NCBI GenBank assembly: GCA_964016885.1
Contig: OZ024742.1
Span: forward strand, 27,280,001 to 27,344,000
Origin: Eledone cirrhosa
Taxonomy: Eukaryota
Direction: 5' to 3'
Length of the DNA: 64,000 bases
Under the pieces are notes generated by a model. It was not told where the DNA came from, did not search any database, and saw only the letters and a program-made list of their open reading frames with translations. Below are positions 28,001-40,820 of the stretch, piece after piece. Positions within the stretch are counted from its first letter, which is position 1. Every line of letters starts with the position of its first letter. Both the position numbers and the translations under genes were made by a program.

Positions 28001-31000
28001 GAGGCAGTGACTGAGTGGATGAGTGTGTGAAGAAGGGAGAGACAGTGACTGATTGGGTGAGTGTGTGAAGAAGAGAGAGACAGTGAATGAATGGGTGAGT
28101 GGGTGAAGAAGAGAGGGAGAGAGAGTGACTGAGTGGGTGAGTGTGTGAAGAAGAGTGACACAGTGACTGAGTGGGTGAGTGTGTGAAGAAGAGAGAGGCA
28201 GTGAATGAGTGGGTGAGTGTGTGAAGAAGGGAGAGACAGTGACTGAGTGAGTGAGTGTGTGAAGAAGAGAGAGGCAGTGACTGAGTGGGTGAGTGTGTGA
28301 AGAAGAGTGAGACAGTGACTGAGTGGGTGAGTTGGTGAAGAAGAGAGATACAGTGAATGAGTGGGTTAGTTGGTGAAGAAGAGAGAGACAGTGACTGAAT
28401 GGGTGAGTGGGTGAAGAAGAGAGAGACAGTGAATGAGTGGGTGAGTGGGTGAAGAAGAGAGAGACAGTGACTGGATGGGTGAGTGGGTGAAGAAGAGAGA
28501 GACAGTGACTGAGTGAGTGAGTGAGTTGGTGAATAAGAGAGAGACAGTGAAGAGTGGGTGAATGTGTGAAGAAGAGAGAGGCAGTGACTGAGTGGATGAG
28601 TGTGTGAAGAAGGGAGAGACAGTGACTGATTGGGTGAGTGTGTGAAGAATAGAGAGACAGTGAATGAATGGGTGAGTGGGTGAAGAAGAGAGGGAGAGAC
28701 AGTGACTGAGTGGGTGAGTGTGTGAAGAAGAGTGACACAGTGACTGAGTGGGTGAGTGTGTGAAGAAGAGAGAGGCAGTGAATGAGTGGGTGAGTGTGTG
28801 AAGAAGGGAGAGACAGTGACTGAGTGAGTGAGTGTGTGAAGAAGAGAGAGGCAGTGACTGAGTGGGTGAGTGTGTGATGAAGGGAGAGACAGTGACTGAG
28901 TGGGTGAGTGTGTGAAGAAGAGTGAGACAGTGACTGAGTGGGTGAGTTGGTGAAGAAGAGAGATACAGTGAATGAGTGGGTTAGTTGGTGAAGAAGAGAG
29001 AGTCAGTGAATGAATGGGTGAGTGGGTGAAGTAGAGAGAGACAGTGACTAAGTGGGTGAGTGTGTGAAGAAGAGAGAGACAGTGAATGAATGGGTGAGTG
29101 GGTGAAGAAGAGAGAGATAGTGAATGAGTGGGTGAGTGGGTGAAGAAGAGAGAGACAGTGACTGAATGGGTGAGTTGGTGAAGAAGAGAGAGACAGTGAC
29201 TGAGTGAGTGAGTGAGTTGGTGAATAAGAGAGAGACAGTGAATGAGTGGGTGAATGTGTGAAGAAGAGAGAGGCAGTGACTGAGTGGGTGAGTTGGTGAA
29301 GAAGAGAGAGACAGTGACTGAGTGGATGAGTGTGTGAAGAAGGGAGAGACAGTGACTGATTGGGTGAGTGTGTGAAGAAGAGAGAGAGACAGTGAATGAA
29401 TGGGTGAGTGGGTGAAGAAGAGAGGGAGAGACAGTGACTGAGTGGGTGAGTGTGTGAAGAAGAGTGACACAGTGACTGAGTGGGTGAGTTGGTGAAGAAG
29501 AGAGAGGCAGTGACTGAGTGGGTGAGTGTGTGAAGAAGAGAGAGGCAGTGACTGAGTGGCTGAGTGTGTGATGAAGGGAGAGACAGTGACTGAGTGGGTG
29601 AGTGTGTGAAGAAGAGTGAGACAGTGACTGAGTGGGTGAGTTGGTGAAGAAGAGAGACACAGTGAATGAGTGGTTGAGTGTGTGAAGAAGAGAGAGACAG
29701 TGACTGAGTGAGTGAGTGTGTGAAGAAGAGAGAGGCAGTGACTGAGTGGGTGACTGTGTGATGAAGGGAGAGACAGTGACTGAGTGGGTGAGTGTGTGAA
29801 GAAGAGTGAGACAGTGACTGAGTGGGTGAGTTGGTGAAGAAGAGAGATACAGTGAATGAGTGGGTTAGTTGGTGAAGAAGAGAGAGACAGTGAATGAATG
29901 GGTGAGTGTGTGAAGTAGAGAGAGACAGTGACTGAGTGGGTGAGTGTGTGAAGAAGAGAGAGACAGTGAATGAATGGGTGAGTGGGTGTAGAAGAGAGAG
30001 ACAGTGAATGAGTGGGTGAGTGGGTGAAGAAGAGAGAGACAGTGACTGAATGGGTGAGTTGGTGAAGAAGAGGGAGACAGTGACTGAGTGAGTGAGTGAG
30101 TTGGTGAATAAGAGAGAGACAGTGAATGAGTGGGTGAATGTGTGAAGAAGAGAGAGGCAGTCACTGAGTGGGTGAGTTGGTGAAGAAGAGAGAGACAGTA
30201 ACTGATTGGGTGAGTGTGTGAAGAAGAGAGAGACAGTGAATGAATGGGAGAGTGGGTGAAGAAGAGAGGGAGAGACAGTGATTGAGTGGGTGAGTGTGTG
30301 AAGAAGAATGACACAGTGACTGAGTGGGTGAGTGTGTGAAGAAGAGAGAGGCAGTGAATGAGTGGGTGAGTGTGTGAAGAAGGGAGAGACAGTGACTGAG
30401 TGAGTGAGTGTGTGAAGAAGAGAGAGGCAGTGACTGAGTGGGTGAGTGTGTGATGAAGGGAGAGACAGTGACTGAGTGGGTGAGTGTGTGAAGAAGAGTG
30501 AGACAGTGACTGAGTGGATGAGTGTGTGAAGAAGGGGGAGACAGTAACTGATTGGGTGAGTGTGTGAAGAAGAGAGAGACAGTGAATGAATGGGAGAGTG
30601 GGTGAAGAAGAGAGGGAGAGACAGTGACTGAGTGGGTGAGTGTGTGAAGAAGAGTGACACAGTGACTGAGTGGGTGAGTGTGTGAAGAAGAGAGAAGCAG
30701 TGAATGAGTGGGTGAGTGTGTGAAGAAGGGAGAGACAGTGACTGAGTGAGTGAGTGTGTGAAGAAGAGAGAGGCAGTGACTGAGTGGGTGAGTGTGTGAT
30801 GAAGGGAGAGACAGTGACTGAGTGGGTGAGTGTGTGAAGAAGAGTGAGACAGTGACTGAGTGGGTGAGTTGGTGAAGAAGAGAGATACAGTGAATGAGTG
30901 GGTTAGTTGGTGAAGAAGAGAGAGACAGTGAATGAATGGGTGAGTGGGTGAAGTAGAGAGAGACAGTGACTGAGTGGGTGAGTGTGTGAAGAAGAGAGAG

Positions 31001-31790
31001 ACAGTGAATGAATGGGTGAGTGGGTGAAGAAGAGAGAGACAGTGAATGAGTGGGTGAGTGGGTGAAGAAGAGAGAGACAGTGACTGAATGGGTGAGTTGG
31101 TGAAGAAGAGAGAGACAGTGACTGAGTGAGTGAGTGAGTTGGTGAATAAGAGAGAGACAGTGAATGAGTGGGTGAATGTGTGAAGAAGAGAGAGGCAGTG
31201 ACTGAGTGAGTGAGTGTGTGAAGAAGAGAGAGGCAGTGACTGAGTGGGTGAGTGTGTGATGAAGGGAGAGACAGTGACTGAGTGGGTGAATTGGTGAAGA
31301 GGGGAGAGAGAGTGACTGAGTGCGTGAGTGGGAGAAGAAGAGAGAGAGTAACTGAGTGGGTGAGTGTGTGAAGAAAGGAGAGACAGTGACTGAGAGGGTG
31401 AGTGGGTGAAGAAGAGAGAGACAGTGACTGAGTGGGTGAGTTGGTGAAGAAGAGAGAGACAGTTACTGCGTGGGTGAGCGGTGAAGAATAGAGAGACAGT
31501 GAATGAGTGGGTGAGTTGGTGAAGAAGAGAGAGACAGTGACTGAGTGGGTGAGTTGGTGAAGAAGGGAGAGACAGTGACTGAGTGGGTGAGTTTGTGAAG
31601 AAGAGAGAGGCAGTGACAGAGTGGGTGAGTGGGTGAAGAAGAGAGAGACAGTGACTGAGTGGGTGAGTTCTGTGAAGAAGGGAGAGACAGTGACTGAGTG
31701 GGTTATTGTGTGAAGAAGAGAGAGACAGCGACTGAGTTGGTGAGTTGGTGAAGAAGGGAGAGAGAGTGAATGATTGAGTGGGTGTGTCAA
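19100..31790. repeat. ~12.7-kb purine-rich satellite with 38-bp monomer GAGTGGGTGAGTGTGTGAAGAAGAGAGAGACAGTGACT and higher-order structure
   Basis: Monomer counted directly. Diagnostic variants recur, e.g. the 60-mers starting at 22201 and 27001 are identical. Confidence 0.97.
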
Positions 31791-32656
31791 TGATTGATTA
31801 ATTAAATAGTCGATGAAGATTAGAGTCATTTCGAGAAACTGTAAAGTACGTGGCTGTATGGTGAGAGAATAAGTTATGAGTGATTAACTCATTGTTAATA
31901 CCTGAAGACTGTCAGATGTTATACCGAACTAAATACATTATAGACACATCACAAAACATTACATCGTTACTAAATATGATGATACTTTAAATTTAAATCA
32001 TATTTGATATAGTATAAATTTCAAATCATCATTACGGTCATTAAAATTTTATCTGTATATAGTTTTGTTTTAATATGCTAGACATATTGTATTAGTATAC
32101 TCTGCTCAAAATGTATTTAATGTCATTAACTTTAAATATTTCTAATTGTAATTATTTTTAATCATCATTAATTGACTCTGACCCCTACGGTAAAACTATT
32201 TTAATATAATTAATGTATTTTATCTGAAATTGTAATTTTCTCCAGGAAATAGTTTCTCTATTAAAATCACATTCTTTTTTCATTCCAATTACTCTCAAAA
32301 TATCATACTTAGATGAAATATTCGGAATCTAGTTTAGCTTTTGATAGAAATTCTAGCAATCTGAATAGTGATTCTGTCTATTAAGCAACGGAAAAATCAG
32401 ACATTCTCATACCTCGCAGGTACTATGATGCTCCCATAGACAGATCAAGTAGTTTCCAAATGATCTGCGTATGTTGGTAGTAAAGATATTCATTTATAGG
32501 ATACAAATCCCCTCAGTAAATGGTGTAATCTGTTTAAAGAAGAAAGATGAATGTTTCTTTAGTAATGAGAAAACTCTATTTTGTCTCTTGATAGCCCGTC
32601 ATCGTCATTATAGGTCTGCCTGATATGCATCACTCCGGCGTCTATAGAATAACTAT

Positions 32657-32687
32657 TTCATCATCATCATCAACGTCGTTGTTGTCG

Positions 32688-32729
<42 letters not shown>

Positions 32730-32922
32730 CCAGCATCATCATCATCATCATTATAGTCATCATCATCCGCATCATCGTCGTCATCATCGTCATCATCATC
32801 ATTATCAACATCATCATTGTCTTCATTGTCATTATCATCATCATCATTATCAACTTCATCATCGCCGTCATCATCGTTATCATTAACGTCATCATTATTA
32901 TCATCATCATCGTCGTCAACAT
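32657..32922. repeat. (ATC/GTC)n microsatellite
   Basis: Direct reading. Confidence 0.95.
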
Positions 32923-32924
32923 CT

Positions 32925-33150
32925 AGGGTAGTGGATTGGCAGAATCATTAAAAAACACTTTGCGGTTTTTTACGTTCTGAATTCAAATCCTGCCCTGACC
33001 CATCCTTTGCAGCAAAGAGTTACGGCCCTTTATGGTATGGGTTCAAATCCCGCCAGGTTAACTTTGCCTTTCATGCTTACGGGGTCGATAAAATAAAGTA
33101 CCAGTAATGCACTGGGATAATTGCTGGCCTTGTTCCAAAAGTAGAAACAT
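32925..33150 (+). mobile_element. tRNA-derived SINE with duplicated head
   Basis: Same family as 2665-2853; TTCAAATCC occurs twice. Confidence 0.75.
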
Positions 33151-33974
33151 TATTATTATCTTTATAATTATTGGTATGAGAAATACATCAAGAGTTTGAA
33201 GTTTTAAAAATAAGAATCAGATTGAAAAATATTCATATAATTATTGGAAATTAAAACCAATCTCGGTTGTTATCAAAATATTCTAGATTTATAAATTTGT
33301 ACGAGGTTAACTTAACAATATTTACATATATTAGTGTCGTTATTGACTCGATCGTGCCAATGTCTATCATTGTGGGTCTTTTTGAATGTCCTCCCTATCG
33401 ACAAGATCTCAGACCTGTGATATTGTAAATATCAGTCAAATATCACGATAGTTTTGAGTATGTGACTAAGGAATTGACCATCAAGATTCCAGACCTCATT
33501 CGTTTACTACGTGTGGTGGAATACGTCAAATAGAACCTAAGAAACAGCGTTTCCATTGGTCACTCCATTGCTGATACTATATGCTGGTCGCAACACCTGG
33601 CAGAAACGCAAGTGAAATATAGTGTCTTATTCAAGGATATAACGCATCGCCAGGTCCAGTAATCGAACCCGCAACATCACGATTGCGAATACAACTCTCT
33701 AACCTCTAAGCCACGTGCCATCACGTGTGTCATTTTTTTCTTTTTTTATTCTTCGTATTGCAGCGGGTGTCGCTGTCCATTGTCGGCGAAAATGCCTTTG
33801 CTATTTTGTCCACGGAGCCGAAACACCGCTCTGACCTAGGTGTAGAATCTGTCACCCTCTCTCCATGCTCCCATCTTTCCTCCGTTGCCTAATAGTCCTT
33901 GCTCTATTCTCCTAATTTTTCTTCTCATTTATGGCATTCATAGTCATTTCCAATGCTGTATTTTTATGTAATTT

Positions 33975-34185
33975 AGGGTAGCGGATTTGTAGTATCAGTA
34001 GAGTGTCGGACAACATGCTTTGCAGCATAGAGTTACGTTTTGAGTTCAAATCATGCAGAGGTTTGCTTCGCCTTTCATCCTTACGGGATCGATAAAATAA
34101 AGGACCAGTTACGAACTGGTGTCGATTTAATCGATTTTTCCATTTCCTTCTAATCGCTGGCCTTGTACCAAATATAGAAAAAATT
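33975..34185 (+). mobile_element. tRNA-derived SINE
   Basis: AGGGTAGCGGATT...GAGTTCAAATC...CCTTTCATCCTTACGGGATCGATAAAATAAAGGACCAG...GCTGGCCTTGTACCAAA. Confidence 0.72.
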
Positions 34186-35742
34186 ATTTTTATGTAATTT
34201 TATCTTTGGAATATATTTGAGTATTTTGAAATAAAATAATTATATATTTTAAAAAAAGAGATTAACAATGAGAAAAAATATTACAAATGGGATGACAGAT
34301 ATGTTTCTCTCTTTTTTCAGATATTTGTAACGTAGATTCCTTTCATGTAATCGTTTCCCAGTGGTATTCTGAGACCTATTATATACTAATGTTGAACTTT
34401 TTCACGATACCTGTCATTAATTTTCTCTTCTCTTCAAAGCTGCCTTTTACTCTGTTTTATATTTCTTAGCTTCCCTAGGGATAAAGATAGACAGTGTTAT
34501 ATTGTGTTTCGTTCATGTTATCTAGATATTTGAATTACTTTTCGATTGTTCTTTACTACTTATATTTCTAGTTCTAAAGTGAACACTCTATTTGTTTTTG
34601 TTTTTAGTTGTATTAGCCCCCTGCCTCCTTCTATTCGTAGTAAATATAATATTTCTATATCTGTCATTATTTATCTTGTATTTTTTTCTAATCTTGATAT
34701 TTATTCAGCGTCCAATTAAGAATATTGTAATTATAACTTATTAATAGGACATTAGAGTATTGTTACCTCTAAACAGTATAGTTTTATAAGTTCTGTTTCA
34801 AGTATTAATATACTAATGTGTCTATAATATTCCTGACTTTTTTATATCATTTGTGTATATTCTACTCTCTCTCTGTTTTATTGATTTAAAAGTATGTGTA
34901 TGTCTGTAGTTGATCTAATTCTCTCAGAACTGTTTCTTTAGCTAACATGATATAACGTTCTTAATTAATTTTACTCTCTTCCTCGTTATATTTGTGCATA
35001 TGTTTATTTTTTCCTAATTCTTATATCAGTTCATCTAGTAAATACTTGAACAGTCTGTAACCGAGTTTCTAGTTGTGTATTATCTCCAGCAAACAACTTA
35101 AAATCTTCTCTTAACATATATATCCGTGTCCAGTCGGGCTTAACATGCAACAAACAGAATCGAAATGAAAATTAATCGTTTCTTGGAAATATATCCCTTC
35201 TAATAGACCTGGGGTTCATTCATATAATTCCGGAATTGTCTGTAATTGACCTTTTTCTATGACATGTTCTAATGTATTTAATTATTATATAGGCAGCAGA
35301 CATGACAATCGACGTGATATAATCATTCCAACTCAGAATCATTGGGAAATGTCAGACGAAGAAGACGTATAGAGTTGCTCTCTTGGAGGATGTGATCAGC
35401 CATAATAATTGTTTCAACTAGCAAAAGTGGTTCTTTATGGACACTATAAAATAACATGTCTATATTAACGATTTGTTTTCTCTATTTTTCTTACTAGTGG
35501 TGCTTAATTGATGTATTCTTTCTTTTAATTAATATAATAGATATTCGTTATAACACTAACATAGCGTGATTTATAATGGAGGTGTATATGATATCACCTA
35601 CAATATATTAATGTATATTGGTTTCTGCTTCAGGCACAAAACCAATATGATGACAGCTTAAAATATTCACTGTAAGAATTTCAGATGTTTATTAAACATA
35701 AACATATATGATTCATGCAGATCCCTAACCTCACAAATATAA

Positions 35743-35842
<100 letters not shown>

Positions 35843-36188
35843 CAGAAATAGCCGTCGAAACGGCTTGAGCTCTACCGTCGGGGTCCTGAACCTTTTCCTA
35901 TATATATATAACTAGCGGTGATCACAACAGAGAAAAAATTAGTCCTAATTGAGGGAGTTTCTTGAAAAGCTTGTAACCTCATAGCTGAGATGCAATTGCA
36001 GTTGAATTGCACATACTACATATCACAAGCGAAACTGCAGTCGAGACTACGAGGAGTACTTGGGTAAACATTTGTCTATCTTTTCTTCACGCTTATTATT
36101 GTATTTAGCAGGTTTTAATTAATTTCTCAGGACTACGAGGAAAAGTTAGGTAGCTGTTGTCTGTTTCTTCTTCACACTTATAATTACG

Positions 36189-36234
<46 letters not shown>

Positions 36235-36330
36235 TAGAAATGGTATTTAATTTGTTGAAAGTCCGACAAACATAAATGTTTGTAACTGATTTAGAGCACT
36301 CAATAGTTTACTGGAGTAAATATTCAATGA

Positions 36331-36672
36331 TATTCAATAAATGGAAACTATATTTATAAAACCAGTTATTATATATATTTGAAGGGTACCAAGACAACAT
36401 TAGTACGCTTTCATCAGATAAAATACAAAGTTTGTTTTATAAATAGGGACATACCCATGAAAAACATAGCTTATCGGTTGGAAATTCACTGGGTAGTGAC
36501 TATCCAGTAAATTTCCAACCGATAAGGTATGTTTTTCATGGGTATGTCTCTATTTATAAAACAAACTTTGTATTTTATCTGATGAAAGCGTACCAATGTT
36601 GTCTTGGTACCCTTCAAATATATATAATAACATAAATATTGTTTTATAAATATAGTTTCCATTTATTGAATA
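36331..36672. repeat. Near-perfect palindrome (~165-bp arms) with decayed hammerheads in both arms
   Basis: Centre GGGTAGTGACTATCC at ~36497. Plus arm 36575-36630: TTAT-CTGATGA-AAGCGTACCAA..TTGGTACCCTT-CAAA-TATATATA-ATAA, with GAAA changed to CAAA. Confidence 0.88.
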
Positions 36673-36798
36673 GCATTGGATATATATATATATATAACGA
36701 AGGAGGTGTGGTAAGGAACCAGGTGGACCATAACGCACCAGAGTACTCAATACTTTCTCGGTAATGGTGTACTAACTATTGTGGAACTACTCTCTCTA

Positions 36799-36854
<56 letters not shown>

Positions 36855-36944
36855 CACATACACCAATTAAACAAAGTCACAGATATATATGTGTTTTGGC
36901 AACTTTTCACGATGTGGCTCAATGGAGAATTAATAAATTAAATA

Positions 36945-37132
36945 ATTGTTTCTACTTTAGGCACAAGGCCAGCAATTACCCAGTTCATTACTGGTACTTT
37001 ATTTTATCGACCCCGTAAGGATGAAAGGCAAAGTCAACCTCGGCGAGATTTGAACTCAGATCGTAAAGGGACGTAACTATGCTGGAAATCATGGCGTCCG
37101 ACCCCCTACCGATACTACCAATCCACCGCCCT
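36945..37132 (-). mobile_element. tRNA-derived SINE
   Basis: Reverse complement of the 2665-2853 family (..CCAATCCACCGCCCT at 37119-37133). Confidence 0.8.
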
Positions 37133-37535
37133 TAATTAATAAATTAAATAATCAGAGCAAAATACTATAGAGTAAAGCATGTCCAGAGAATTATTTCATA
37201 ATATATATACATCATCTCTACTCCCAATAAGGCATAATTAACCACACAAAAAATCAATTAGACCAGGCTATAAGAATAAAAGGCATCTATGAAGAAACAG
37301 TAAATATATACGTTATTGCGGCGTCTTCGCGTGCAACCGCTATAGAATATTTACACGTGGAAATTAATTAAATATACGGTCAACCATACATAATTAGGTA
37401 AAAATTAATGTTAGAGATGCTTATATACATACCAGCATTAAATCACTATGCTTTATTCTATAGTATATATATACATATATATAATATTATATATATATAT
37501 ATATATGTATATATAGAGAGATAGAGAGAGAGAGG

Positions 37536-37597
<62 letters not shown>

Positions 37598-37899
37598 GTA
37601 GTTACACAACAGTTAGTTACCCAATACCGAGAACCATTGTTTCACCTTATTCGGATCATCAACTCAGTCTAAATGAAGTTGTACGGAAAAGGTATCTGCA
37701 GAAACAGTTACTTCTCCCTTGCGGATGTAAACCCACAATAGATCGGTGTAAGGGAGATAACTGTAATTGCTCGGAATAAACTATTCATGTTTTCTAAATA
37801 ACATGAAAAAGTGACTGTTTCCGAACATGCATTACGTACAGTTGTTTTTTTTCTTTTCGGTGCAACTTCATTGAGACAGAGCTGATGATCCGAATACGG
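37598..37899. mobile_element. Inverted-repeat element of the 15444 family with hammerhead remnant (37627-37667, minus)
   Basis: Minus: CTGAG-TTGATGA-TCCGAATAAGGT-GAAA-CAATG-GTT-CTCGG. The inverted partner at ~37855-37897 has GAG-CTGATGA-TCCGAATA. Confidence 0.65.
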
Positions 37900-38036
37900 C
37901 TTGAGCTCTGCCGTCGGGGTTAAACATTTTCCTATTACCCACTCTACTAGCCTAAGTATTTAGTACTCTGGTGCGTTATGGGCCATCAGGTTACTTACCA
38001 CACTTCATTCGATGTATATATATATACATATATATA

Positions 38037-38113
<77 letters not shown>

Positions 38114-38219
38114 GTATATTTATATATATATATATATACGTATATGTATATGAATATATATATATATATATGTATATATATACATATATATATATACATA
38201 TATATATATATTCATATAC

Positions 38220-38284
<65 letters not shown>

Positions 38285-38287
38285 TAC

Positions 38288-38357
<70 letters not shown>

Positions 38358-38358
38358 C

Positions 38359-38426
<68 letters not shown>

Positions 38427-38509
38427 TTGATAATATATATACATCATCTCTACTCCCAATCAGCATAATTAACCACACAAAAGATCAATTAGACCAGGCT
38501 ATGTGGCAG

Positions 38510-38730
38510 AAGGCGTGTGGCAGAGTGGTTAGAGAATTGGATTCGCAATCTTGAGGTTGTGAGTTCTATTCCTGGACCAGGCTATGCGTTATGCACATGA
38601 GCAAGACACTTTATTTCACGTTGCTCCTTCTACCTGGAGTTGCGACCGATAGATAGTAATAGCAATTGGAAAGACCAACGGAAACATTGTTTCCTAGGTC
38701 CGATTTGACGAAAGTCAATCGATCCAACAA
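38510..38730 (+). mobile_element. tRNA-derived SINE, second family
   Basis: TGGCAGAGTGGTTAGAGAATTGGATTCGCAATC..GAGTTCTATTCCTGG..CAAGACACTTTATTTCACGTTGCTC; near-identical to 53665-53880. Confidence 0.8.
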
Positions 38731-38732
38731 TA

Positions 38733-38774
<42 letters not shown>

Positions 38775-38775
38775 C

Positions 38776-38836
<61 letters not shown>

Positions 38837-38841
38837 ATCAT

Positions 38842-38902
<61 letters not shown>

Positions 38903-39034
38903 TAATAAGAATATTTATATTTATATATGGTTGATATAGCTATAAATATGGATGGTAGTACTAAGTACTACCCGGTTACCGGTATGACAAACCGCTCAAT
39001 GCAAATGTTCAAGTGTTTTACATAGCCGAGATAC

Positions 39035-40002
39035 AAAGTGTTAAAACGATCAAATTTTAGTTTAGAACATTTATTTGCTGACAATTGTTTCTTCCAGAGG
39101 GAAGTCTGGAATCATCGGAGTATAAGGAATGTAGAAACATGTTACTATAATCCTAGTCATTTAGAACATTTAGGGTACTTAAGTGTTATTAGTGTCAAAA
39201 GCATCATGTGGAGAGTCAGGAGTTAAAAAGATGTTCTGCTTGAAAGAACCGAATAACAGGCAGCATTGGTTGGAAGTGTAATAGGTATAAGTAAAAAGCA
39301 CAAGCAAAAAACACAAGCTAAAAAATCACAAGCTTAAAAAAGCACAGGCAAAAAAGTTATAAGCAAGGTAAATTGGTGTACAATGCAGGAGTCAATACAG
39401 TCAATAAGGCATGTATGAGTTATAATGCAGTTGAAATAAACATATTTTGTGTGGGTTTTTAACACAAGTTATAATTGTTATAAATGTTTAAGTGAGCAAT
39501 TTTTTAGGGAGGCGTGTGATGATAATGTAGGTATTTTTTATGTAAGGTGTAATGCAAAGCACGTGATAGAGTTGGCTATTTGATTTTCATTTAAGTGTTT
39601 TTGTGTTGTAGTTCGTATGTATGTGTATGTGTCGTTTATTACTCACAGCTATTAACCATAGGATTATTTTGAGTCGTTTATAGTCAATAGGCGTTTGCTT
39701 CTTAAATATAAATTCCGCCAAATTACTGGCCATGTTATTTTAGATATATTATTTTATGCATTTTTTATCTACATATTATCTGTAATTGTGTTCTTTCAAG
39801 CAGAACATCTTTTTAACTCCTGACTCTCAACATGATGCCTTTGACACTAATAACAATTACGTACTCTAAATGTTCTGAATGACTAGGATTTTAGTTACAT
39901 GTTTCGACATTCCTTATGCTCCGATGAATCCAGACTCCCTCTGAAAGAAACGGTTGTCAGCAAATAAATATTCTAAACTAAAATTTGATCGTTTTAACAC
40001 TT

Positions 40003-40003
<1 letters not shown>
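39035..40003. mobile_element. Element with ~215-bp inverted arms (39035-39249 / 39790-40003), each with a CCGAUGA-variant hammerhead
   Basis: Minus 39076-39122: TACT-CCGATGA-TTCCAGA-CTTCCC-TCTGGAA-GAAA-CAATTG-TC-AGCA. Plus 39917-39962: TGCT-CCGATGA-ATCCAGACTCCCTCTGAAA-GAAA-CGGTTG-TC-AGCA. Right arm abuts (TA)n. Confidence 0.8.
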
Positions 40004-40079
<76 letters not shown>

Positions 40080-40084
<5 letters not shown>

Positions 40085-40770
40085 TGTATATATAGTGTAT
40101 TTTGCAATACACTGTATGCTTAATTAAAAGCGTTTCGAAGACCTTACGCTATTGTTTTAGAGTAGTGACAGTCTCACTTACTTTAAATGTTCAGCAAACA
40201 GGGGAGATAAAGCTGACAGACCTCTGTTTCGTATTTGTTGGTACTTATCAACCACCTGTTTGCTGAAAATCATAAATGTTTGATTCTTATAGAATTCTAG
40301 TAATGATCAGGAACTGAATATACAGAGCGGTTGCCGGTCAAGCAGAACTTAACATTAGAATTGGTGCTTTGAAATAGCGATATATATATGAATGTATATA
40401 TAGTGTATTTTGCAATACACTGTATGCTATTTCAGAGCACCAATTCTAATTTTCAATTTCTGCTTGACCGGCAATCGCTCTGTATAATCAGTTCCTGATT
40501 ATTACTAGTATTCTATAAGAAACAAACATTCATGATTTTCAACAAACAGGTGGAGTAGTTAGCTTTGATAAGTACCAAAAAGTACGAAACAGAACTCTCT
40601 CAGCTTTATCTCCCCTGTTTGCTGAAAATGTAAAGTAAGTGAGTCTGTCACTACTCTAAAACAATAGCGTAAGGTCTTCGAAATGCTTTTAATTAAGCAT
40701 ACGGTGTATTGCAAAATACACTATATATACATTCATATATATATCTCTATTTCAGAGCACCAATTCTAAT

Positions 40771-40772
<2 letters not shown>
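40080..40772. mobile_element. ~310-bp unit as partial tandem plus inverted copy between (TA)n tracts; decayed hammerhead
   Basis: TGAATGTATATATAGTGTATTTTGC at 40081 and 40389; strand flips at ~40428; TTGATAA-GTAC-CAAAAA-GTAC-GAAAC at ~40565-40590. Confidence 0.78.
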
Positions 40773-40817
<45 letters not shown>

Positions 40818-40820
40818 TAA

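Noticed and set aside
19100-31790. CRISPR-like 38-bp periodicity
   Set aside because: Monomers are contiguous with no unique spacers, there are no cas genes, and the context is eukaryotic.
19525-31829. Very long minus-strand ORFs (up to 1241 aa, S/H/T/L-rich)
   Set aside because: Translations of the 38-bp satellite. All three frames cycle through the same peptides, and the pyrimidine-rich strand rarely forms stops.
31895-31940. CTGAAGA...CCGAAC
   Set aside because: Stems do not pair well and GAAA is absent; could be chance.
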